Source: Nitrospinaceae bacterium (GTDB lineage Bacteria > Nitrospinota > Nitrospinia > Nitrospinales > VA-1). From it: DNA of 64,000 nt. Below are positions 55,985-64,000 of the stretch, piece by piece. Position 1 is the first letter of the stretch. The number at the start of each line of letters is the position of its first letter. The DNA is taken from assembly GCA_023271875.1 (NCBI GenBank), contig JALPWY010000004.1, positions 6,074-70,073 on the forward strand. The letters are read 5' to 3'. A program made the position numbers and the translations under genes. Under the pieces are notes generated by a model, which searched no databases, had not been told where the DNA came from, and worked only from the letters and a program-made list of their open reading frames with translations.

Positions 55985-57028
55985 ATGGAAAAGAAAACAC
56001 ATCAAATCGGCGAGCTCATTCCACCGAAAGCCATAAAAATTTCAATGGTATTTTCCTTCAGAAATGAAGAAGATGTGCTTCCTGAGTTAATTTCTCGCGT
56101 TAGAAATGTTTTAAAGTTGGAAAAGGATAAAGGCTTAGTATCAAGTCACGAGTTGATATTCATTAACGACCGTTCTACAGATCGATCAGAAGAAATTTTA
56201 ATAGAACATGAAAAGGGTCATGAGGATATTAAAATTATTAATATGTCCAGAACTTTTGGGGTATCTCCTTGCGTGATGACGGGCCTAAAATATTCGACAG
56301 GTGATGCGGCAATTTATATGGATGCGGACCTTCAAGATCCCCCTGAGGTCATTTCCGAAATACTTGAAGTATGGAAAGAAGGGAAAAATGTTGATGTTGT
56401 TCATACGGTCAGAACATTTCGTGCTGGAGAGCCTTTTATTAAGCTGCAAATTGCAAAACTTGGATACTGGATTCTTCGCAAAACAGCCAGTATTAACCTT
56501 ATAGCTGAGGCGGGTGATTTTAAATTTTTGTCTCGTCGGGTAATCAATCATCTAAACCAACTCGGTGAATATAATCCGTTTATGCGTGGAATGGTGGCCT
56601 GGGTAGGATTCAACCAGCAAAAGGTTAATTATAAACGCGAAAGTCGTTTTGCAGGGGATACCAAGTTCCCTATTTTTAGCCGTAAGGTGATTAATAATTT
56701 TTTTAGTTCTGCTTTAATTTCTTTTTCAAACGTCCCATTGCAATGGACATCTATGATTGGATTAGGGGGTCTTGGAATATCAACGTTTGTGTTTCTTTTG
56801 TTGATATTTCAGAAAATTTCAGGGATGACCCCTCCAGATTGGCTGCTGATCATAACCGCCATTTTTTTTGTTGGGAGTATTCAACTAATTGGTATTGGTA
56901 TTTTAGGCTTGTATGTTCAATCTATTTATATCGCGAGCAAAAACCGACCCAATTATATTATAGAAAGTGTGTTTGGTTTTAGTGAAGAGGAATTAGAGCA
57001 TATTCGAAAAAAACCAACAGGCCGATAA
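55985..57028 (+). CDS. GT2 polyprenyl-phosphate glycosyltransferase (GtrB/ArnC/Dpm1-like)
   Basis: 347 aa with ISMVFSFRNEE, IFINDRSTDRS and YMDADLQDPPE (DXD). It has two C-terminal TM helices, the hallmark of this subfamily. Confidence 0.85.
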   Translation: MEKKTHQIGELIPPKAIKISMVFSFRNEEDVLPELISRVRNVLKLEKDKGLVSSHELIFINDRSTDRSEEILIEHEKGHEDIKIINMSRTFGVSPCVMTGLKYSTGDAAIYMDADLQDPPEVISEILEVWKEGKNVDVVHTVRTFRAGEPFIKLQIAKLGYWILRKTASINLIAEAGDFKFLSRRVINHLNQLGEYNPFMRGMVAWVGFNQQKVNYKRESRFAGDTKFPIFSRKVINNFFSSALISFSNVPLQWTSMIGLGGLGISTFVFLLLIFQKISGMTPPDWLLIITAIFFVGSIQLIGIGILGLYVQSIYIASKNRPNYIIESVFGFSEEELEHIRKKPTGR

Positions 57029-57114
57029 GCTGCCAATAATTAATAGACTTGGTCGAGGCTGAACAAGTAATTTCTTTATTGGCATTGTAGGGTACCGTAC
57101 TGAGATTCTATGGT

Positions 57115-58044
57115 TTACTTTTTTGCCATTTTTAAAAACCAGTTCCATGTTAACTGAAGCCCTGTATCCAAAGAAGTTTGAGCTTTCCATCCTAGTGCAG
57201 AGACTTTGCTGCTATTTAGTAAACGGCGTGGATTGCCATCTGGGCGGCTTGTGTCGTAAACTAGTTCTCCGCGGTATCCGCTGATCTTTCTAATCTTTTG
57301 GGCTAATTGCAAAATGGATGTTTCCTGCCCAACACCAACATTGATAACTTCGGGTTCGTTATATTTTTTCAATAAAAATAAGCATGCATCCGCCAAGTCA
57401 TCCACATAAAAAAATTCACGCTTGGGTTTTCCTGTTCCCCAAAGAATAACCTTTCTGGAATTTTTCAAGCATGCTTGATGAAATCTTTTGATTAGAGTTG
57501 GAAGGACATGAGCATTTTCGTCAAAATGATCATTTATCCCATAAACATTTGCAGGAATAATAGAGATAAATTTAGCCCCATATTGCCTATGGTAGGCTTG
57601 ACACATTTTAATACCTGCCAATTTGGCAATGGCATAAGGCTCATTTGTCGGCTCAAGAGACCCTGTCAGCAAAGACTCCTCTTTCATCGGTTGTGAACAC
57701 TTTTTTGGGTATGCACATGAACTGCCTAAATAAAGCAGCTTTTTAACGCGATACTTCCATGACAAATCAATTACATTGTTTTGAATCGTTAAGTTTTCAA
57801 AAATAAATTCAGCCGGATAGGTATCATTCGCTTGAATGGACCCAACCTTGGCGGCTGCTAAAATAACATACTCAGGCTGTTCTTTGGAAAAGAAACTTTC
57901 GGTCCTTTTCCTATCTTTCAAATCCAGACTTTTATGAGTTCGTGTGATAATCCGCGCATAACCCATAAGTCTTAATTTTCGAATAATGGCAGAGCCTATC
58001 AGGCCGGTGTGTCCCGCTATGAAAATTTTTGAACTTTTGTTCAT
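57115..58044 (-). CDS. GDP-L-fucose synthase family enzyme (Fcl; ColC-like 3,5-epimerase/4-reductase)
   Basis: ATG at 58044 (the track start is TTG 58050). It reads KIFIAGHTGLIGSAIIRKL, AAAKVGSI.AN, YAIAKLAG (YxxxK) and about 309 aa, typical of Fcl/WcaG. It lies directly downstream of a ColD-like gene. Confidence 0.8.
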   Translation of the reverse strand: MNKSSKIFIAGHTGLIGSAIIRKLRLMGYARIITRTHKSLDLKDRKRTESFFSKEQPEYVILAAAKVGSIQANDTYPAEFIFENLTIQNNVIDLSWKYRVKKLLYLGSSCAYPKKCSQPMKEESLLTGSLEPTNEPYAIAKLAGIKMCQAYHRQYGAKFISIIPANVYGINDHFDENAHVLPTLIKRFHQACLKNSRKVILWGTGKPKREFFYVDDLADACLFLLKKYNEPEVINVGVGQETSILQLAQKIRKISGYRGELVYDTSRPDGNPRRLLNSSKVSALGWKAQTSLDTGLQLTWNWFLKMAKK

Positions 58045-58096
58045 TCGCAAAACATTTAAAGTTTATCAGAAGAAGAGGATATAAATTAAAAACAGT

Positions 58097-59272
58097 TTAA
58101 ATGATCTTGTTGAGGATATCACAAAGAGTTCTGATTTTTTCTTCGGGTAGGTCGGGATAGTTTCCTATATAAAATCCAAAAAAATGAACATGCTCCACCA
58201 CCGGATATTTTTTAAATTCGTTTTCATTTACCATATCTCGAAGGTAAGGTTGTCTCAACTGGTTTCCACCTCCTGCGCTCCCACGTCTGAACTCTACACC
58301 ATGCGCTTTTAATTCGGCCATCACTCTATTGCAAAACTCAAGATCGGGTTTTTTTAAAATTAAATTAAATGCATAATTGCAAGATCCATCAAGATTGAAT
58401 TTTGTCTGATACTTTTCAGGATCCAATAATTCAAGAAAAAGTTTAAAGTTCTTTCGACGTTTCTCGTTGTTAGCGTCGAGTCGTTTCAATTGGTTTCTAC
58501 CTAAGACCGCACCCAGTTCTGTGTTTCGCATATTAAAAGCAGGGAAAGCAAAAATAAATTCGGGGTTTAGCTCCGGGTTGTCATTTTTGTAAGAATTCTT
58601 TGTCTCATCATTAGTTACTTCTCTCACCATGCCATGTGAACGAAGCATGCGGCAAATCTGATAAACCTCCTCGCTATCCGTGCAAACCATTCCACCCTCA
58701 ATCGTAGTCATGTGATGGGCATAATAAAAAGAGAAATTGGAAACCCACCCGAATGAACCTACTTTCTTATTATTAAACTCTGCACCATGTGACTCGCAAA
58801 CATCTTCAATTAAGGGAATATTTCTTTCTGTTAAGGTGGAAAGAAGTCGATCGGTTAAACCATTGAACCCCTGCGCGTGAGTAAGAAAAACAGCTTTTGT
58901 ATTTTCAGTTAATTTAGCAATAACCTGTTCATCATTCATGCTCAATGTTTTTGGGTTGATATCCACAAATACAGGATTATAACCACAAAATAAAACAGAG
59001 GAGATATCAGAAACCCAAGTCAAAGGTGGAACAATAATTTCTCCACCAGAGCCAGTAACTTGTTTTAAAGCAGCAAGCGAAATTAAGTTTGCCGATGATC
59101 CAGAATTTACAAATATGCTGTATTTAACCCCCACCCATTCTGACCATTCCCTTTCAAATTCGCTCACATTCTCAGATTGAGTGAGAATAGGGTTTCCCTG
59201 TAAAAATTCAACAAGGGTGTCTAGATCTTCTCGGGTAATATTGTTTTCCATTAAAAGCCAATTTAAACTCAT
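58097..59272 (-). CDS. DegT-family PMP-dependent NDP-4-keto-6-deoxy-sugar 3-dehydratase (ColD/RfbH-like)
   Basis: 391 aa with VNSGSSANL, IEDVCESHGAEFNNKKVGSFG and FSFYYAHHMTTIEGG. It has His-His where DegT aminotransferases have the Schiff-base Lys, as in ColD (SFYSHHIATMEGG) and RfbH/E1 (FYPAHHITMGEGG), both from memory. Confidence 0.7.
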   Translation of the reverse strand: MSLNWLLMENNITREDLDTLVEFLQGNPILTQSENVSEFEREWSEWVGVKYSIFVNSGSSANLISLAALKQVTGSGGEIIVPPLTWVSDISSVLFCGYNPVFVDINPKTLSMNDEQVIAKLTENTKAVFLTHAQGFNGLTDRLLSTLTERNIPLIEDVCESHGAEFNNKKVGSFGWVSNFSFYYAHHMTTIEGGMVCTDSEEVYQICRMLRSHGMVREVTNDETKNSYKNDNPELNPEFIFAFPAFNMRNTELGAVLGRNQLKRLDANNEKRRKNFKLFLELLDPEKYQTKFNLDGSCNYAFNLILKKPDLEFCNRVMAELKAHGVEFRRGSAGGGNQLRQPYLRDMVNENEFKKYPVVEHVHFFGFYIGNYPDLPEEKIRTLCDILNKII

Positions 59273-59276
59273 TTTA

Positions 59277-59999
59277 TCAATCCGTTAATTTAATATGAGT
59301 ACGCAGTATCTCAAGTCTTTGTGGAGTACCAATATCGAATAACCTCTCCGTGGTTTTAAATCCATAAAACTTTTGGCCAATCATAGAGGGAAGAACCTCT
59401 TTCTCAAGTGAAATGTTTTGTCCTGACGGAATTTGGTCTAATATTGGTTTTTTAAATAAATATATACCCGCATTTATAAGACCCTGACCTTTAATATGAT
59501 TTGATTTTTCTTTAAACCCATTAATTTCTGACCTGTCATTGATAACAACCGAACCATACTCACTCACATCGTCAATAGTAGCCACAGCCATAGAAACGGA
59601 GGCATTATTCGATTCATGAAATTCAACAAAATCATTCAAATTTGCTCGGCAAATAGAATCGCCGTTTAAAACTATGAAGGTAGAGCCTAAAATACAGGAT
59701 TCAGCCTTTTTAATTCCCCCGCCGGTACCAAGTGGTTCGTCTTCTTTAGAAAGAATATAGGTGTTGTCATCGTTTTTCTTCTGAAAATATTGTTCTATGA
59801 CCTCACTTTTGAAACCGGCACACAAAATATATCGCCGAAAGCCAAATGATGATATGTGTTCGATGAGAATTTCTAAAAAAGGGCGACCATTAATTTCGAC
59901 CATTGGTTTAGGGCAGTTCTGGCCAATTTCTTTAAGCCGCTTTCCAAAGCCTCCGCAAAGGATAAGGACGTCAAGATTGGAAATATAATCTTGTTCCAT
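59277..59999 (-). CDS. sugar-1-phosphate nucleotidyltransferase (HddC-like)
   Basis: 240 aa with DVLILCGGFGKRLKEIGQNCPKPMVEINGRPFLEILI and GTGGGI. The substrate cannot be determined from the sequence. Confidence 0.8.
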   Translation of the reverse strand: MEQDYISNLDVLILCGGFGKRLKEIGQNCPKPMVEINGRPFLEILIEHISSFGFRRYILCAGFKSEVIEQYFQKKNDDNTYILSKEDEPLGTGGGIKKAESCILGSTFIVLNGDSICRANLNDFVEFHESNNASVSMAVATIDDVSEYGSVVINDRSEINGFKEKSNHIKGQGLINAGIYLFKKPILDQIPSGQNISLEKEVLPSMIGQKFYGFKTTERLFDIGTPQRLEILRTHIKLTD

Positions 60000-60022
60000 G
60001 GTTTGAGGGGAGGGGAAGAGGA

Positions 60023-61012
60023 TTAAGCCTGCTGGTTTAAAATAATCTGACTTCCTGAATGTTCGAAGTCAAAGGGAACATAGAGAAGGTCGTTCAGGCG
60101 CTTTTTTATTCCTGACTGATGTTCCGGTTTGGCGAAAAGAATCATAAAGCCGCCACCTCCCGCTCCTAAAATTTTTCCGCCTATAGCACCGGCAGATCGA
60201 GCGGCATCATAAATTTCATCAATGCGAGAAGTGGAGACGCTGTCACATATATTTCGCTTTAGTATCCAGGACTCATTCAGCAACTGGCCGAATTCGTCAA
60301 TCGTGGTGTTTTTAGAGTTTAAAATGGTTATCGCTTCTTCCACCATCTGATACATTGCTGTTAATTGTTTTTTCTTATTGGGAAAGTTCTCGATTTTTTT
60401 TTTTGCAATTTCTGAGGAATTTCGGGAGATTCCTGTGAAGAAAAACATTAAATGGCTTTTTAACTCTTTGATGCGCTCAGGATTGATTGTGATGGGAGTT
60501 TCTCTATAAGTATTATCATTAAAAAAATCAATCCGATTGAAGCCACCAATTGCGGCCAAAATCTGATCCTGAGAACCCACGCTTTCTTTAAGAATATCTC
60601 TTTCAAGATGAATAGCATTAAGAGCCAGCTGTTGACGGGTCGGCATAACTCCCTTCAAAGCAAAAAGGGTATGAAGCATTCCAACAGAAAATGATGAGCT
60701 GGATCCCAACCCGGTTCGAGCGGGAAGGTCGCCGTCATGATGAATCTCTAAACCCTCGTTTATACTCATTAAATCGATAGCTGCCCGGATTACTGGGTGC
60801 TGGATTTCATTTTTTTCCTTTACTGTTTCTACCTTCGAATAAACGACTCTATACTTGTGCTCAAAAAAAGGTGGCAACGGACGACAGCTTATATAACAAT
60901 ACTTATTTATTGTGGTCGCTAAAACAGCTCCCGGATTTTCAGAGTACCATGCGGGATAATCCGTCCCTCCTCCAAAAAAAGATATCCGAAATGGCGTTCG
61001 ACTAATTATCAA
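60023..61012 (-). CDS. GHMP-family sugar kinase (COG2605 / HddA-like)
   Basis: 329 aa with SRTPFRISFFGGGTDYPAWY, PARTGLGSSSSF (GHMP motif II) and GAGGGGF. Confidence 0.8.
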   Translation of the reverse strand: MIISRTPFRISFFGGGTDYPAWYSENPGAVLATTINKYCYISCRPLPPFFEHKYRVVYSKVETVKEKNEIQHPVIRAAIDLMSINEGLEIHHDGDLPARTGLGSSSSFSVGMLHTLFALKGVMPTRQQLALNAIHLERDILKESVGSQDQILAAIGGFNRIDFFNDNTYRETPITINPERIKELKSHLMFFFTGISRNSSEIAKKKIENFPNKKKQLTAMYQMVEEAITILNSKNTTIDEFGQLLNESWILKRNICDSVSTSRIDEIYDAARSAGAIGGKILGAGGGGFMILFAKPEHQSGIKKRLNDLLYVPFDFEHSGSQIILNQQA

Positions 61013-61063
61013 TTTTACTTTGTCCCTTCAATAATCATCTGTCGCGGCTATCATTAGCCAAGG

Positions 61064-61996
61064 TCAGATATTCCCGTAGCCACTTTTTTTAATAATTTGA
61101 AAACCCTTAATCAATTCTTTGATTCCATATGCAAGGGAATGTTCTGTTTTAAATCCAGCGGCTTCGATTTTTTTATTACTAACTATGTAATCCCTTTTAT
61201 CTACATCTTCGCCGATTTCGGCTTCTGTAAAATAGAAATTTGGGAGTTGCTCTTTTATTACTTTACACAGTTCGGCCTTACTTATGTTGGCATCACTGAG
61301 ACCAATATTATATGCTTCGCCCTTCATTTGTTCAAAATTTTCCAGCCCGTAGATGAATGCCCGGGCGGCGTCACGCACATGCAGATAGTTTCTTTTAAAA
61401 TGTGCCTCAAATAAAACTATGAAACGGTCATGATAAGCCCTGTATGTAAAATCATTTACCAGAAGATCCAGCCTCATTCTTGGGCTAACTCCAAACACTG
61501 TTGCGAACCGAAATGTAATACTGTTGCCAGATTCCAGAATCATCTTTTCAATTTCGACTTTCAATTGCCCGTAAAGGGATACGGGACGCAAGGGTGTTTC
61601 TTCAGTACAATGAATTCCCTCTTCACCCACTCCATAGCCGCTGTTGGTGGTGGGAAAGATAACCATTTGATCGGGGTCCCTCTTTGCTAGGATAGTTTTT
61701 ATGGCTTCAAAATTAACCGCTCTTGCAGTAATGGGGTCTTTGTCACACAAAGGCGCTCCCGTAAGACAAGCTAGTGGTAAAATCGCATCTACCTTCTTCA
61801 GTTGTTGTTCAATCAAGACAGCATTTCTCACGTCCTCATTAATCAAGGTGAGCTTATCGTAATGACAGCACTCTAAAAGAGATGTTTGCTTATACATAAA
61901 ATTATCAACAGCAATAACTTCATGGCCTTTTTGTAAAAGAATAGGGACTAAAACCGAGCCAATATATCCAGCCGCTCCCGTAATTAATATTTTCAT
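61064..61996 (-). CDS. NAD-dependent epimerase/dehydratase (extended SDR)
   Basis: 310 aa with MKILITGAAGYIGS and catalytic YGQLK. Its start overlaps the E1-beta stop by 4 nt. Confidence 0.8.
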   Translation of the reverse strand: MKILITGAAGYIGSVLVPILLQKGHEVIAVDNFMYKQTSLLECCHYDKLTLINEDVRNAVLIEQQLKKVDAILPLACLTGAPLCDKDPITARAVNFEAIKTILAKRDPDQMVIFPTTNSGYGVGEEGIHCTEETPLRPVSLYGQLKVEIEKMILESGNSITFRFATVFGVSPRMRLDLLVNDFTYRAYHDRFIVLFEAHFKRNYLHVRDAARAFIYGLENFEQMKGEAYNIGLSDANISKAELCKVIKEQLPNFYFTEAEIGEDVDKRDYIVSNKKIEAAGFKTEHSLAYGIKELIKGFQIIKKSGYGNI

Positions 61997-63027
61997 GTAC
62001 TAGCCACCATATCCTTTATTACATGGGTAATTTTTTTTACATCAGGATAGTAATATTGCTCAAGAGTAAATCCGGCCGGAGAGGGGATGTCAGAAAGACC
62101 TAACCGACGCACTGGCCCCTTAAGAAACGAGAATCCTTTTTCAGCGACCATACACCCAATCTCCGCACAAACTCCTCCCATTTCCCACCCGGTATCAACA
62201 ATCAAGATTCGACCCGTTTTTTGAAGTGAATCTATAATAATTTTTTCGTCTAGGGGCTTTATAGTTCTTAAATCAATCACGTCGGCAGTAATACCCTCCA
62301 GTTCATCTGCTGCCTTAATGGCCAATTCCAAAATGTGAGAGGTGCCTACAATCGTCAGGTCATTCCCTTTTCGCCGATAGATTCCTTTTCCAAGCGAGAT
62401 TTTGTAGGCCCCTTCCGGAACGACTCCCTTGTTTCGCATGGACCAACGGTGTTCAAAAATCAGAACCGGGTTGTTATCGGCTATAGCGGAAAGCATCAAA
62501 CCCTTCGCATCGTGTGGCGTGCTCGGCATGACTATTTTTAAACCAGGAACCCCCAGAAGCAAACCTTGTATTGCTTGTGAATGCTGAGAACCTGATCCCC
62601 AACCACGACCAATGGCTGACCAAATAACGAGGGGAACGTTGGTCTCCCCATTATCCATATAATGAATCTTGCTGGCATGACCAACGATTTGGTTGAAAGC
62701 TAATAATAAAAAGTCTGGACGATTATGCATATACACGGGGCGCAGACCATTCATACTGGCACCAGTACAAATGCCTGTCATACCTTCTTCAGAGAGAGGG
62801 GTGTCAAACACTCGATCTTTCCCAAATTTTTCATGGAGTCCCGTGGTGACTCCAAACATACCCTTGGGATCATTTACCCCTTGACCCAGAACAAGCACCT
62901 TGGGGTCTAGTTCCAAAGCCAGCGAAAGGGCTTCGTGGAGAGCTTCCATATAGGAAAGAACCCTACCTTCTTCGGGAGCCTGAGTATCATTTGACTTAGA
63001 TGTGATTAATTTTTCTGCCCAAGGCAT
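61993..63027 (-). CDS. TPP-dependent 2-oxoacid dehydrogenase E1 component, beta subunit-like
   Basis: 344 aa with RVFDTPLSEEGMTGICTGASMNGLRPV, a transketolase-like pyrimidine-binding domain and a C-terminal domain. Confidence 0.85.
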   Translation of the reverse strand: MPWAEKLITSKSNDTQAPEEGRVLSYMEALHEALSLALELDPKVLVLGQGVNDPKGMFGVTTGLHEKFGKDRVFDTPLSEEGMTGICTGASMNGLRPVYMHNRPDFLLLAFNQIVGHASKIHYMDNGETNVPLVIWSAIGRGWGSGSQHSQAIQGLLLGVPGLKIVMPSTPHDAKGLMLSAIADNNPVLIFEHRWSMRNKGVVPEGAYKISLGKGIYRRKGNDLTIVGTSHILELAIKAADELEGITADVIDLRTIKPLDEKIIIDSLQKTGRILIVDTGWEMGGVCAEIGCMVAEKGFSFLKGPVRRLGLSDIPSPAGFTLEQYYYPDVKKITHVIKDMVAST

Positions 63028-63049
63028 AGTGGTAATTATTTAGAAAAGT

Positions 63050-64000
63050 TTATGGACAGTAAACGTGTGTCGACAGATCTGATTCTTCAGGGTTGGGGCT
63101 GGAGATTGCATGATCGAATGCCTCACCGATTTCTTTGAGAATTTCACTTTCATCTTTTTTTCGATCTATTTCAGTATATAAGTTCATTTCAGTGAGAAGT
63201 TCACGGAAAGTATCAATAGGACAAAATTGTTCCCAATGCCGGACCTCTTTGGGATCTCTGTAGCCTGTTGCACTGTCATCCCCAGCCCCACCATGACCTC
63301 TCCAGCGATAAACGAGTGCCTCAATAAAAGTAGATCCGCCACCATTGCGAGCACGATCAACCGCTTCCTGGGTTACCTCAAAAATATCCAGAACATTGGT
63401 GCCGTCAACTTGAACGCTTGGCAAGCCAAACCCTTTGGCCTTTTCAAATATTTTTACCTGCGGGGGTTGCCGAACATCCAAAGAAGAACAGACCGAAAAG
63501 AAATTGTTTTCACAAAAGAAAATCACGGGGAGTTTCCTTAATGCACTAAAGTTGATGGCCTCCCAGCACGCACCTTCTTCAGTTGCTGCGTCACCAAAGA
63601 ATACCATGCTCACATGGTCCTGATTTAAAGTCTGGAAACTCAGGGCGGCGCCGGCCGCAATTGGGATTGTTCCTGCAACAATTGCTGAGGAACCTGCCAT
63701 ACCAGCACTCTTATCAAAGAGGTGCATGGACCCACCTCTTGACCCGGCGCATCCATCCAGTCTGCAATACAATTCCGACATCATCTTTTTAAGGCTTCCC
63801 CCTTTAGCTAAATAATGTCCGTGAGTGCGATGGCCGCAGTAAATCAGATCCTGCTGGCGAAGAGAGGCGCATGCACCAACTGAAGTTGCCTCTTGTCCAA
63901 TCACAAGATGAATAGGAGATTTCATTTCATCTTCGCAATACCGGCGTTCAATTTCCTCTTCAATCCTTCTTATCCGAAGCATATCGTAGTGCAATGAGGT
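63050..64000 (-). CDS. TPP-dependent 2-oxoacid dehydrogenase E1 component, alpha subunit-like; the 5-prime end may lie beyond the window
   Basis: IGQEATSVGA, GGSMHLF and the TPP motif GDAATEEG....NN are present. Met at 63994 is a possible start, but the frame is still open to 64000. Confidence 0.8.
   Translation of the reverse strand, partial: TSLHYDMLRIRRIEEEIERRYCEDEMKSPIHLVIGQEATSVGACASLRQQDLIYCGHRTHGHYLAKGGSLKKMMSELYCRLDGCAGSRGGSMHLFDKSAGMAGSSAIVAGTIPIAAGAALSFQTLNQDHVSMVFFGDAATEEGACWEAINFSALRKLPVIFFCENNFFSVCSSLDVRQPPQVKIFEKAKGFGLPSVQVDGTNVLDIFEVTQEAVDRARNGGGSTFIEALVYRWRGHGGAGDDSATGYRDPKEVRHWEQFCPIDTFRELLTEMNLYTEIDRKKDESEILKEIGEAFDHAISSPNPEESDLSTHVYCP

Overview
This is a 64 kb chromosomal window from a low-GC diderm bacterium; I cannot assign taxonomy by eye. 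Most of it is ordinary, densely packed coding sequence. The housekeeping genes are PBP1A, TatA, an orphan nuoE/nuoG-like/nuoD module, a large TPR protein, glnK-amt, SlyD, ArsC, a PiT phosphate transporter with a DUF47 partner and a porin, and a complete urease operon ureDABCEFG. Three kinds of accessory sequence stand out. (1) Two neighbouring tRNA genes both look like integration targets. tRNA-Gly(CCC) at 35364..35439 carries a decayed, mosaic element of about 8 kb (27413..35439). It is bounded by a 43-bp direct repeat of the tRNA 3-prime part. It contains an XRE repressor, an M15A peptidase, a lambda gpFII-like head-tail gene, a P4-type primase stub followed by iterons, and an integrase C-terminal stub. 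An older remnant lies to its left (26940..27412). tRNA-Pro(GGG) at 37821..37897 has a 1.6 kb integrase-less islet (36276..37897) with three small co-directional genes of unknown function. (2) A cupin gene is followed by a B12-binding radical SAM gene whose cluster motif reads CX4CX2C instead of CX3CX2C. (3) The right third of the window is a glycan locus, preceded by an IS1595-like transposase remnant. It has a GT-C (PMT_2/ArnT-like) membrane glycosyltransferase, a radical SAM/SPASM enzyme and a polyprenyl-phosphate GT2. These converge on an NDP-sugar operon with ColD-like 3-dehydratase, ColC/Fcl-like synthase, nucleotidyltransferase, COG2605-type GHMP kinase and an SDR. The operon also has a TPP-dependent E1 alpha/beta pair with no E2/E3 in the window. 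I found no rRNA and no CRISPR array. All calls rest on reading the translated ORFs and the DNA by eye; no database search was run.
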